Below are positions 1 to 12,331 of a stretch of DNA of 64,000 nucleotides, piece by piece. A program made the position numbers and the translations under genes. The stretch's first letter is position 1; each line of letters opens with the position of its first letter. This DNA comes from Selaginella moellendorffii (Eukaryota; Plantae; Lycopodiophyta): contig NW_003314268.1 of assembly GCF_000143415.4 (NCBI RefSeq), positions 899,814 to 963,813 on the forward strand, given 5' to 3'. The notes beneath the pieces are model-generated. The model saw only the letters and a list, made by a program, of their open reading frames with translations. It ran no database searches and was not told the origin of the DNA.

Positions 1-769
1 TGTAGCACATATAATCACCGTGGATCTTTAGAACCTTGGGGGATAAATGGGGATAAAATAGCCACTAAGGGCTCTCTCATAAAATAATTGCCCCTTTTCT
101 AGTTAGTTTAAGAGGAGAGAGATAATGTGCGCTACATGCTAGCAATTTGCTTTTTGAAAATGTTGTATGACATTAAATTTAACAGAAAAAAAACTTTTTA
201 TTTGTTCTTTTTTAGATACAACGTCCATTCTGAGTTCATTGTCAAGCTCAGGTGGTTCAGAGGAAGGAGGAGAAGCTGTTTTCAGTGAATTAGAGTATGT
301 GGAGTTCGAGGACAATGTTAGGGATGATGCTATTGCTCATATGGTGGAAGAATTGTCATAAGATAGAGATCAAGATGCAAAGAAGCTTATTTTCAGCCTC
401 AAGGAGATATTTGGTTTCAGCCATATCCCACTAAAGAAGCAATCTTGAATTCTGAATAAAGAAGAACAGTATTTTTATGTACTACAAGGAATGCTTCAGT
501 GAGGGATGCAAGTCATCCAGCTTCCCAACTTCAACAATTTCAAGCAATACATTATTATAACCTTGCACTAATTAACAAAGACAAAGAGGTTTAGCCTTGC
601 CTCTTGAGGTTTTTTTAATTATTCCACATATAGTTGGGTTAATAAATAGTGATTAAAAGTCTCTTGTTGCAAATTTTGCAACTTTTTAGTATTTAACTTA
701 CCATTAAAAGAAGATTAACCATTCTTCTTGCTTTGTTACTTACTCTTCAATTGTGAATTCCTCGTTCTT

Positions 770-940
770 GAGTTGTTTCAGCTTCGAGGCCGCCATGTCC
801 ATGGCTTCTGGGTGAACCTTGTTGTTGCCCTTGTGCGCCTTTTTTGATCAAAAGAGAGACCACAAACCCATAGCTTGCCCTTTGCAAAATAATTCTTACT
901 AAATCTATTTCACATGAATGTCTTTGTTTAATTTAGTCCC
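770..940 (-). pseudogene. Truncated copy of the 5' end and upstream region of the orphan E/K-rich gene at 40431
   Basis: The reverse complement reads gtgaaatagatttagtaag...ttttgcaaagggcaagctatg...gtttgtggtctctctttt...aaaaaaggcgcacaagggcaacaacaaggttcacccagaagccatggac...gcggcctcgaagctgaa, matching about 40345-40560. Confidence 0.85.
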
Positions 941-970
941 ATAGTCTCTCTCAAAAACAATTACAGAATT

Positions 971-1608
971 TTAGGGTGATACCAGGCCGGTTGGCTTTAG
1001 TAAAGGATTCCTTCGATTTGGAGCAACCACAATGCCACCAGAAGGCATGGGCTGAAAAACAGTGATGAAAGGGCTGAAGCTGGAAGTCAGTAAAACTTCT
1101 TCAAGTGTGTTGGCTCCACTCACGCACGTCTGCATATCAACAGAGTCTTTGAAGTAGTTAAAGGTGACTTGAGGATTATCATCAGCATTCAGAGTTAAAA
1201 GTCGGATCTCTCCACTTGAACGAGGCTTAGCGACCTTCTGCGTGACCACAACGATTGGACTCTTCTGCGGACTGCTTAACCCTTCGAAGTATGTTCCAGA
1301 TGGATCGATCCCCACACTTTGAATGAGGGAAACTTCAACTGGGGATGGTGAGCCAATGTAGACTCTGGTGGATGGATTGTCAACTATGTGTTTTCCAACA
1401 TTGGGGGAATCTGCAACCACTTTGATTTTCTTAGCTTGAAGGTGGTCTCTGGGGCCAATTCCACTAAGCATGAGCAGCTGAGGAGTGCCTATTGCACCTG
1501 CTGTGAGTATCACTTCACTTTTGGATGAATTCTGGAGAAGAACAGTATACGTTTTCCCAGATAAACGGCCTGTGACTTGAACACCTACAGCTCTTGGAGT
1601 ACCAGAAC
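971..1608 (-). pseudogene. GMC oxidoreductase (HOTHEAD/mandelonitrile-lyase-like) internal exon fragment
   Basis: Motifs EVILTAGAIGTPQLLMLSGIGP, VGKHIVDNP and PRSSGEIRL...DNPQVTFNYF. It starts at a splice acceptor near 1609 and stops before the C-terminal catalytic His region. No other exons are seen nearby. Confidence 0.85.
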
Positions 1609-1654
1609 CTATTTAAGAGAAACGAAAACACGTCAAACTTATAAAAACTGAATA

Positions 1655-2065
1655 ATTCTCAAAGCTCAGACACCTCAGACTTGCAGGAATCAACTCACAG
1701 GCTCCATCCCGGAAGATGTTTGCATGCTAATTATCTAGACTTAAGTAGAAACCAGCTCCATGGACTCCTTCCATCCGGCCTCGAGAATTTGAGAGTGCTT
1801 GGCCTCGGATCCAGCTATGGAGCCAGATACCAGCTGAGCTTAGACAACTTTCTAGCCTACACCAGCACAAGTTTGCTAGACGGAAGAAAACAAAGAAATG
1901 AGATTATAGCTGTGGTAAGTCAATAATGTTTATGCATTTTGTTTGTTGGTGAATGTCTACCATTGAATTCATGAGGTAAATGCTCTCTATCATTCTCCTT
2001 AAAGCTTATCCTCCAAATAGCTTTCTGTCATGCAGGAAAATGTCAAGTCAGTTTGTTCATGTTAG
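1655..2065 (+). pseudogene. Plant LRR gene fragment with following short exon/intron pieces
   Basis: Frameshifted LRR consensus (LRHLRL..QLTGSIPEDV..YLDLSRNQLHGLLP), homologous to the minus-strand segment at 39955-40340. Confidence 0.7.
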
Positions 2066-2619
2066 CATACATGTTTTTGCCACTGTGAAGGCCATTAGAA
2101 CTTGTTCTAATTTAGATTTTTCATTATAACACAGTTAATCAGGTGAGTAAGTTTTTCAATATAGTCCTTCATTGTTTTGTTGAAAATATCAAAGTTCCAT
2201 ATGATCATTCTTCAAGATAATGGAATTGTGTATTCATTGTGAAGTAGGTTGCTTGCAAGCAAGTATGAGCAAGGTTGTCTGTTGCCATTTCTTGTCTGAT
2301 GCTCCATGTTATGATGAGGGGCAATAAAAGCAACCTCAAACTCATCTATGATAGACATTAATAGTTTTTTATTCGCAATGCATATAAGACTCTTTAAGCC
2401 AATTCCACTATCAAAGACTTACATTATGTAAAACCATTGGAATAATCATTAAAATCTTTGCATCTAAGGTTCTTTTAGCAACCAAGAAATTCTTCACAAT
2501 AATAATTAAATTAGACACTTGTCCACGCTACCATCACCCAAAAATGTAGTGTTTTGAGTTGATTTATCAAAGAAGTTTACTTGGAGCATATATCATAGCC
2601 ATTATACCATCCATCTCTT

Positions 2620-2878
2620 NNNNNNNNNNNNNNNNNNNNNNNNNNNNNNNNNNNNNNNNNNNNNNNNNNNNNNNNNNNNNNNNNNNNNNNNNNNNNNNNN
2701 NNNNNNNNNNNNNNNNNNNNNNNNNNNNNNNNNNNNNNNNNNNNNNNNNNNNNNNNNNNNNNNNNNNNNNNNNNNNNNNNNNNNNNNNNNNNNNNNNNNN
2801 NNNNNNNNNNNNNNNNNNNNNNNNNNNNNNNNNNNNNNNNNNNNNNNNNNNNNNNNNNNNNNNNNNNNNNNNNNNNNN
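2620..2878. other. Assembly gap (N run)
   Basis: 259 consecutive N. Confidence 1.
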
Positions 2879-3487
2879 GATAGAAAGACATTGGCAAACT
2901 CTTTAAATTTGGTGCATTCGAGCACTATGCTGCCACTGTAGCGCTGCTAACACCTCTACTGCCTAAGAACGTGAAGAGCACACCGCCATCACCACCACAT
3001 TGCAAAATCCCGGGACACTTTCCATGGATGGATGTGGTATCATCATCATCCATCGCAACATGGTAACCTATGCTCATATCACATCTTGCATTACTGTCTT
3101 TCCTCCTACATGTGCTTTGTTCCCCTTAAGTCACGAATAAATAATAAGTAAGTGCAGTTCTATAACAAAAAACCCACTTCAAATATATAGCAAAGAGTAT
3201 AACAATTGGAGGTTGAACTCCATCTTGAAATCATATATCCTTGATGCTACCGTACTATAGTGAGACATGTTTAATGCTCTACTTTATTTCCGGATCCACC
3301 TTCACCAACCATAGCATTCTAAAAATGAGATCCACATAATAGATATCTATTGTGAATGTGATTTCGGTATCAAAAGTTACTTGTCGGCCAATTCTTACAG
3401 ACACTCTTTCTTTACTGCCACGACGGCAGGAGGTCGGTATTGTTAGACCCTTTATTAGTCCCTATTGTGCTAGTGGAGTTAATTGGG

Positions 3488-4130
3488 CATTTCGAGTGTA
3501 CTTAGACTAGACGAGCATAAGGACAGAATTTCTATGTGTTATTAGCTAAGCATATTTAGCATAGTAAGGAGTTCCCGTTTCATTATATCTTGCATTGGCT
3601 AGTGACAAGAACCCTCATATATTGAGACTAGTCCTTCAATATTGCTAGATGATAGCTTACCGTGTTTACTAAACACCCTCACTATCATGCACTTTGTGTT
3701 AGTCTCACTTCGGTCTTAAATGCTATTTATGGAGAGTGTCTAGATTTACTCATTTGGTATATCTATAGAATGTAGAGATTGTCTTGAACACAATGGTGTT
3801 CATCCCATGTCCAATTTCGCAATTTAAGGATATTCCATATTTAGTAAGTTTCAAGCTTGTCCCAGAGACTAACTCTTGGTACTAAGGGAGGCTTGGGGTG
3901 AAAGCCCAAAGTGTCTGTTCCTCAACAAACAATGGGGGGGGGGTGGGGGGGATATGGGGGGTTTCAAATGGATAGGTCGGGCATGGCTAACTAACGTGAG
4001 GTATAGCTAGCTTTTGTTTGCGTGTTTTCCCTTGTTTTGTGTCCAGTTTGGGTTTAAGCTCAAGTTCCACACCATGCTAGCTAGTGGAGTATTCATATCC
4101 TTGCATTAGGCCACTGATATGTCGAAATAG
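3488..4130 (+). repeat. Dispersed non-coding repeat, probably TE/LTR derived, with a second copy at about 53631-54230
   Basis: Shared blocks gagtgta(c/t)ttagac...agcataaggacagaatt...ctaaacaccctcactatcatgc...gactaactct occur at both loci. Confidence 0.75.
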
Positions 4131-4859
4131 CACTAGACTCCATTTGGCTTTGTTTTGCATGTTGGTACTTGCATTAGGATATTGAATGCTCTAGGACTAT
4201 TCCATGTCACTCTGTGCTACTATCCCTTCGCTCCTTAGGCTATATGCTTAGGAATTGCTCTGTGGTCCTATTCCGCCGCTCCTTAGCTCCATGCTTAGGA
4301 GTTTGGCTCTGTACCTTCATTCAATGGCCCAAGGCCTTGAAACTTGGGTTTCACACCACTGTCCTTGGATACGTGGCATGTGTCACGTGGCATAAAGAGG
4401 GTTTATGTTCCTCTTCGTGGCGTTATCCTATGGTAAATCATCATAGGATAAAGGGTCAAAACCACATACGCTACAATATCCAAAAAATAAAAAGTATTTA
4501 AGAATATGGTTTTGCCAAAGAACACTTATAGCCCTATAACACAAGTATTAAAATATTATGTAGAAGTAGTTACACCTTCTACTATGTATGGAAAAACTCT
4601 ACACTATACTCTTTAATAAACTTTACTAAAACAAAGTTGTTATCCTTCCCATTGTCTAATAAAATCACACTACATTGCCATAGAATACACTTTTTAGCAT
4701 TGAATCTTGTGGAGTAATAATAATCTATATATGAGTAAAAGTTGTTTTCCATTATAAGCAAGAGTTATGGTCGTGTGTATTTGCTATAGATAGAAGAAAA
4801 TATAGGAGTTGATTAGCAGCAATTTTTATTGAAGGGATTTGAAGCTTGATTTTCTCAAC

Positions 4860-6745
4860 TATTGTAAGTTATACAAACTTTATTAGCAGGTAAATAGGAA
4901 AAGTTAGGGGCTTTTGTAACATTTATCTATTCCTCAAAGCCATTAATGTAGTATTTTTATGAACTTCATCACTTATTTGCCACAAATACATGAGTTATAG
5001 TGGATCAATTAATAAAGTATATGCAGTCATTGATTCTTCAGAAAACTTTCACTACCTAAAACTTGGCTATAGTTTATTTGGAGGTTTTTTCTAATTTTAA
5101 TTTGTTAAAGGATATTGTCAGCGATTGAAACTCAAAGTTCACTAGTGGATTTTGGAAGAGCTTTGTGAAGGCTTGGTAGAGGATATACTATACTATAGCA
5201 TTAACTAAAGACAAGGATAATGGAATTTATATATTTCATTAGTGCACTTATAATAATAGTCAGCATAATGGAACCAAGCTAAGGCTTTACTTTACCATTT
5301 TTAAAAGGCATTCTCAAATAGCATTGCATTTAAGCAAGGATGTTTAGGATAATTTTGATTTAGAGGCAATTAATCAAGCTATAAAACTTGATAAGATTTT
5401 GGTGGTATGTAAGTATAGGGTAAAGAAGTTTAGTGCCACTTTTAGGAATATAAATGTAAGCAACCAAAGGGAATGACTTGAGAGACAATCCGTTAGGGTT
5501 CAAATATAGAGGGAAAGGGCCCATGAATAAGAGTGCACCCCCTTTTCAATCGATTAAGGGTCTTGGGATATTTAGGGTAAAGGGTCCTTGGGTGTGAATA
5601 GTACTGGGTTGGGTGACCTCCCGGAAAGTTTAAACTCACAAGCTTACATTTGGTATATTAGAGGGGTCTTGGGTCCAACCTCACAAGCTTACATTTGGTA
5701 TATTAGAGGGGTCTTGGGTCCAACTCTATTAGTTGGCTAAGGGAATCACACCACATATTGATTGACATTTGGTTGGTCTAGTTTACTCTTGCTGAGCTCG
5801 ACCGAGGGGTAGGGTGTCAAGAACCACATATTGATTGACATTTGGCTGGTTTAGTTTACTCCCGTTGGGCTCGACTTGAGGGGAAGGGTGTCAAGAAAGC
5901 GGGGCTCTCGGGAAAGCTGTAGCTCTCAGCTTCTGTTCACGAGGGTGTGAACTTGCAGGTGGCTAAGGGAATCACACCACATATTGATTGACATTTGGCT
6001 AGTCTAGTTTACTCTTGCTAGGCTCGACCGAGGGGTAGGGTGTCAAGAACCACATATTGATTGACATTTGGCTGGTCTAGTTTACTCCCGTTGGGCTCGA
6101 CCTGAGGGGAAGGGTGTCAAGAAAGTGGGGCTCTCGGGAAAGCTGCGGCTCTTAGCTTCTATTCACGAGGGTGTGAACTTGCAGGGAAGCGTGATGGATT
6201 GTAAGCAATCAAAGGGAATGACTCCCGCTGGGCTCGACCTGAGGGGAAGGGTGTCAAGAAAGCGGGGCTCTCGGGAAAGCTGTGGCTCTCAGCTTCCGTT
6301 CACGAGGGCGTGAACTTGTAGGGAAGCATGATGGATTGTAAGCAACCAAAGGGAATGACTTGAGAGATGATCTGTTGGGATTCAAATATAAAGGGAAAGG
6401 GCTCATAAAAAAAAATGCACCCCTTTTTCCAATTGGTTAAGGGTCTTGGGATATTTGGGGTTAAGCATCCTTAGGTGTGAATAGTACTTGGCTGGATGAC
6501 ATCCCGGGAAGTCCAAACTCAAAAGCTTACAATAAAGTGGAAGATTTTATTTTTATGCAAGTGATCTTTTTGTCAAGTCACCAATAGAACATTTTAGTGC
6601 TTTTGTGGAGTGATAAACTTTCTCATAGATATATTAGTTTATATGAAATGTCAAGGTATATAGGTAAGATGGCTTATCAATTGCAATTGCCAGCTAAGGT
6701 GAAAATTCATTTGGCATTTTATGTCAACCAATTGAAAGGTGAATT
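4860..6745 (+). mobile_element. Highly degenerate Ty3/Gypsy integrase region, interrupted by a Cassandra insertion
   Basis: Relic translations LSIPQ..SIFMNFITYLP (~4920-4980), EYK|VEDFIF across the insertion, and KLSHRYISLYEMSRYIGKMAYQLQLPAKVKIHLAFYVNQLK (~6616-6740, a decayed GPY/F module). Many stops. Confidence 0.75.
5455..6531 (+). mobile_element. Cassandra-type TRIM with 5S-like LTRs and a tandemly expanded internal domain
   Basis: LTRs at 5455-5648 and 6337-6531 (TGTAAGC...GCTTACA), 5-bp TSD ATAAA on both sides, a decayed tRNA-Met PBS (tggtatattagag), and a 5S-like segment in each LTR. Confidence 0.93.
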
Positions 6746-8097
6746 GTTTTAAAGTGAAGAGTTTGATATATACAATTGTGGATGCTAGACCAGGAGCTTC
6801 TATAGTGTTCTTCAAAAAAAGTGATTACCTATAGAACTCATTATTGGGATAAAGACTTTATTTGGTGGGAGGAAGAATTGGTAGGCACAAACTTTAACCA
6901 TATTTAAGTTGATCTTAATAAATTTATGGCTGTTTCAAAGTTTTTTACTTTGAAGTGTGTGAACAATATACATTACTTCCTTGGCAAGGTGCAATATCTT
7001 TGTCATTTTGTTAGTCATCTTTCTAATGGTATTACACCATTGCAAATATTATTGAAGTTGTCAACATCATCTTTCATCTTCTCTGAAGACTATGAAAGAG
7101 CATTTATGAATCTAAAATAATTATTAACATATGCATGGATTCTTTTAATATTATGTTGATGCAAGAGCATAAGTGTATTTAGTTAGTGTTATCCTATATC
7201 ATATGTATATTGCAATTAGTAGAGGTGAACTATTCCATGACAAAAGAATATTTAGCCGTAATTTAGAGTTTCAAGAAGTTTCATTCATACTTGCATGGTT
7301 TTTGAACATTGCTAGAAGGTGATCATTATTGAAGCAGAAGAATTTAATTGGTCGTATTGTTTAGTAAGCTTTAAAGCTTAAGATATATGATTTCAAGGAT
7401 TAAGTAAAAAGTTTTATGACTGATACTAACACCTTTTCTCAAGTTTCTCTCTTTTATTCGGTCTTTTCTCATGTTCATAACAAGTTTGTTATTTCAGCAT
7501 CAGTGGACTTTTTAAATAAGAATTCCATAATGTTAGCAGTTGCTATATTTGATATTTAGTTTCTATAAAATATAGTCTTTTGATGAAGTTTGTGAGGCTC
7601 AAAATGTTAAACTATGGTTTTGATTAATGACTTGCTATTTCAACATTCAGATGCCTTAAAAATGATTTTCTTTGCTTTATAAAAATTGATCATGATGATC
7701 ATTTGCAATTGATAACTATATGATAGACTTTATATGCCCTTTTTGGTTGAAAGAGAGATTGACTCATCTACAGTACTCTTGCTCCATCCATATTCGTTTA
7801 ATCTAAGTTTTAGGACTAACCTTTAGACACATTCAATTAATCTGTAATAATCCCCTTGTAAGCTAATATTATTTGACCTGGTGATTCATTTTCACAGCAC
7901 TACAAGGATTGAGAGAAAAGCATTGAATTTGTGTTCTTTCCTATGTACAAGCCGGTTTCGGGTCGGTCACTGAGGGGAAAATTGTGGAGTTTCGCTGTAC
8001 CTGTCTTACACCTTTTGTTGTTCTCTAATGTACAGACGAGCGAGCGAGCGAGCCAGAGATAATAGAGTCATACCTCGAAGAGCTTCCCAGCGCTTGA

Positions 8098-11000
8098 TCA
8101 CAGCGACAGAGCAAAGTTGACGTCCTCAGCTCCCAATCCTCCCGCGTCCTCCACTTTGATCCACGAACTTCCAGTCTTCCTGTACTGCGGGACCGCCAGC
8201 GAGAGCGTGAGTGGGCTTTGATCCTCACCTCCTCCAGGCAACGGAGCTCCGGCCTTCTTCTCCCGCTGCCTCGTCTCCAGCTTGTCGAAGAGCGAGAGAG
8301 GCTCCACCGAGGGAGCCAGCTCCAAGTCGAGTGCTCCCGCTCCTCCTCCCTGGCTCTCCCTCCATGGATCCAGCTCCCTGAGACCCGACGCCTGGCTGGC
8401 TGGAAAGAGCTCCTGCGTTTTATCCACCTCCGAGCCCAGGAGAAAGTTGTGGTACAGCGGTGACTCGCTGCCTTTGGCCTTAGAAGCTTTGGAGCTCTGA
8501 GCTTCGCTGGAATCCAGAGAGTCCGTGCTTGACTTCGAGCGATGTTTTCTTCGTCCTGGAGATCTCGACCGGGACCTGTAGCGTCTTCTAGCTGGAGAAC
8601 TGGACCTGGAGCGTGATCTGGAGCGAGCGAGCCTACCGGACCTGCTTCTTTTGAGTCCTTCTCTTCTATCCCTCTCCCTCTCTCTGTCTCTATCCCGCCA
8701 GTCTCTTTCTCGATCTCTATCCCGTTCTCTGTCTCGATCTCGTTCCCGTCCCCGGTCTACGTCCCTGTAGCCTTTGTCCCGGTCTATGTCCCTGTAACCC
8801 TTGTCTCTCCGATCCCTCGCATCACGCTCTCTATCTCGGTCTCTAGGACGATCGTGACGATCGGTCTCCTTATCACGATCCCGCTCGCGATCTTTTTTAT
8901 CCTTATCCCACCGAGATTGGCCGCGTTTCTCTTTCTTGGAACTGGGAAGCTCCTCCAACGGTCTTGGTGAGCCACTCTAAATGACAATGATTAATAAAAG
9001 TGCAGCATTAAACGAGAAACAAGCACCTTTTCCGAGCGTTGCGCCTCTATTCGGTTCTCTTTTGCTTGAGCAGCTGGTTCCTGCAATGGCAGCTTCGGAG
9101 GTCTTGAGGACAAGTGTAAGGAGATACAAACCTTCTCAATGTCTAAGCCTGACGATGCAACAGTTTCAAATCCTGGAGGCAGTTCATCCATCGGTCGCTT
9201 GATCGACGGTTGACTGGAAATCTCAGATTTCTGAGGCTTCGCATTTTTATTGTTTGGTTCCTCAATCACTGGATTACTCTTCGTCATTGTCGTTGGGGCG
9301 GCTTGCAGGGTGACAGCTTTTCTACCTTGAAAGACCCCCCAGAGGTACATTTTATTCCGCCAAACTGAAAGTAAACGTGAAACTATTAGACCTCTCGTAA
9401 CAAAACAAAGCGGACCAAACTTACGATTAAAGGCTTCTGCAAGCCGAAGTGAAGGAATTATCAGCAGTTCTGCACCTTCCACAAAACTTTTCAAAACAAG
9501 ATCTGATTTCACCATACGGTCCAAAAGTTGGTTGTATTGCGTTGGATAACTGGCAAATTTTCAGTTGTTAATGAATGACAAATTAAAAAAAACCCGACAA
9601 ACCTTCCGTTGTCCACAGGAAAAAAATATAACGCGATATCCTGATCATTGGGGGGGTTGGTCAGGAACTTCTTCGGCCACGCAGAAGCTCGCTCGACTTC
9701 GTGAAGTTTTAACGGAGACGATAATAATTTCGACGCTTCCAAAACCTTGGGTGCTGCTTTGTCCGATGGATGAGCTTGTATACCGTCGTATGACGAAACA
9801 CTCCCTTTGGCGGAAACCTCAAAGCTTCCGCTGTAAAATCGAACCATCAGTGATAATAGACCAGAACTTAAGAGGCATACCTCCACAAGACATTGGCTGT
9901 AGGCACAGCTGGTGAGGCTTCTGGTCGAATAGAAGGTGACGGTAGAATCTTAGTTCCCGTGGGCGTTGAGATGGAAGGGACTTCAGGAGTGGATTGCATG
10001 ATCTGTCCCAAGATCGCCTTAACGTTGGCTTTCTCTAAACTTGGAGTAGTCTGTTTTGATGCACTGCCGATTCTCGCATTTGTATCATCGATACTCGGAG
10101 AAGGATCCTTTGACAAAGCTTTCACGGTGCAAGATTGAGCTGAATGACCGATTTCCTTGCATTTATAGCATCGTGATGTGTTGTCACTTGACCATGGATC
10201 CGATACGGCGTTTTCAGCTAAAGGAGCTGGTTTCGCAATCTCTGCAGAAACTATCAAGTCAAAACAATGGTATAACGTTAACAATCTTATTACCTTCTTT
10301 AAATTTCGACTCTCCGGCATTGTTGGGGACGGTAGGCACGACGGTAGGCCTCGGTGTGTCAGGCCGAGCTGCGAAAGATTCAATAAAATAAATGAGATGA
10401 ACACGGTTAAATATTCTCCTAGCAATTACCATCTTTCACACTGGGATGCACGGCCGCAGGTCTCGGTGTGTCAGGCCGAGCTGCAAAAGATTCAATAAAA
10501 CAAATGAGATGAACACGGTTACATATTCTCCTAGCAATTACCATCTTTCACACTGGGATGCACGACCGCAGGTCTCGGTGTGTCAGGCCGAGCTGCAAAG
10601 ACAGAATAAAACAAATGAGATGGGCACTGTTACATGGTCTCCGGGCAATTACCATCTTTCACACTGGGAGGCACGACCGCAAGTCTCGGAGTGTCAGGCG
10701 GAGCTGGAAAGACAGAATAAAACAAATCAGATGAGCACTGGTGCATAGTCTCCGAGAAATTACCATCTTTCACACTGAGATGCAAGACCGCAGGCCTCGG
10801 CGCGTCAGGCAGAGCTGCAAAGACAAAATAAAACAAATGAGATGAGCACTGTTATAGTCTCCGAGCAATTACCATCTTTCACAATGGGATGCACGGCCGC
10901 AGGTCTCGGAGTGTCAGGCCAGGCTGAAAATCAAGTTAGTAACTTCGTCACATGTATATTGCTAGAAATTACCATCTTTTGCAGTGGAAACTCCGACTGT

Positions 11001-12331
11001 AGGTCTTGGTGTGTCAGGCCTGGCTGTAAATTCAAAAATTTTAGAACTGTTATTGACTTCGAAGCTCCCACTTACTTACCATCTTTTGGTTTTAGAATTT
11101 TGGAGTCTCCATTTTTGTTTGCATCTGTCGCGGCTCTTGATGTATCCAGCCAAGACTTATTTTCTGCACGTTGCAAAACTCATTAAAGAGAAAATACACA
11201 AGTCAATCAAGAATACCTTCTTTAGATTTCACTAACTCCGCAACTGGTTTTGGTGATGTTTTTTCTCGTTGTTGAGCTATGAGTTGAGTTGGCCGTTCGC
11301 TAGCTTTTGGTCCCCTTTCAGATGGTGCTTTGCTGGTTCGCAAAAACGGAAGAGGAGGCTTCGCAATAGCTGGCATGGGCGATTTCCCTTTTAAAACGCC
11401 GAGTTTTCCCGGCTTGCGAGGTGGGAGAGGCTTAGCTTTTCCCACAGTTGGACTTTTGATGGCCTTTTCACTGTCGGCATCGCCAGACTTCAGTTTTGAA
11501 GGCGTCAGCGCGTCAACTTGTGGCAGCTTTGATGAGGCACCTTGGGCAAGGTTGGGCTTTACACCATTCTCGCGACTTTTACACTTGCAAGATTCGCATA
11601 GCCACTCTCCCACGGGCATCTCTACAAGGGGTGTCTCCATACAGTATCTGAAAACACGACAACCCCATTATAAGCCATCAAAAACCAGGTGCCAGCTTAC
11701 GTATGCTCCGCGCCTTCGCTGCAACTAGTGCACACAGCGAGCCTGTCCTCATATCCGGCATCCCCGCATATGTCACAAACTTTAACCTGCAAAAACCCAA
11801 TAAGAACACCAGAAATAAGGAAGAAAAGAAAAGACAACTCACATCCTCCACATCCGTTGCTTCGCTAGCTTTCTTAGTCGAAAGCTCTTCAGAGCTTTTT
11901 GCGTCGTCCACTGGTTCCCCTTCGTCCTTGGTAGCAGGAACATCCTCGTTTCCAGCCACAGTAGTAAGAACTTTCCTCCTTTTTCTCTTGGGAGAGCCAG
12001 GAGAAGCGATGGTCGATTCGTTCTCCTTCATAGTGCCCAAGGCCTGATCCTCCGCATCGCTTACCACTGGAGGAAATGCTCTGGAGTCCCAGGGGACATG
12101 GCTGCTTCCAGCCGATCCATCCCCTCCAAGTTCCTCCAATGGCTCCTCCCTGTTGGTCTCGTCGGGATTTCTCTTGTAGTTATCGTCTAAAAGTCTTCTT
12201 CGTTTAGATGGTTTTGAGCTCGTCAAGTTGGTCCCGGAAATCCTTTTGCTGACCTCACTTTGCGAGACAAACACCTCTGGCGGCTCCAGCTTTGAGTCGC
12301 TATTCTCATCGGCTCGTGAGTTGTCGATCAT
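8098..12331 (-). CDS. AIPP2-like chromatin protein: PHD finger, CCHC zinc knuckle, SPOC-like domain and RD/RS-rich tail (multi-exon)
   Basis: PHD VCDICGDAG...CTSC...HTYC...WLCESC split by an intron at ~11650-11700. Knuckle CYKCKEIGHSAQSC. SPOC-like GIQAHPSDKAAPKV...AWPKKF...DIALYFFP...AELLIIPS...YLWGVF. RD/RS-rich ORF at 8098-8958. Confidence 0.85.
10294..11023 (-). repeat. Tandem array of exon-plus-intron units (about 100-135 bp): six 51-nt and one 75-nt phase-1 microexons
   Basis: Exons at 10973-11023, 10873-10923, 10764-10814, 10653-10703, 10542-10592, 10430-10480 and 10294-10368, each bounded by cag and gtaat on the minus strand. Each encodes roughly ARPDTPRPAAVHPSVKD. Confidence 0.9.

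Noticed and set aside
2559-2925. ORFs spanning the N run
   Set aside because: Artefacts of the assembly gap.
3934-3961. G-run with G-quadruplex potential
   Set aside because: A simple homopolymer tract inside a decayed repeat, with no functional context.
10294-11023. CRISPR-like or satellite array
   Set aside because: The units are whole exon-plus-intron duplications with splice sites inside a eukaryotic gene. There are no unique spacers or cas genes.
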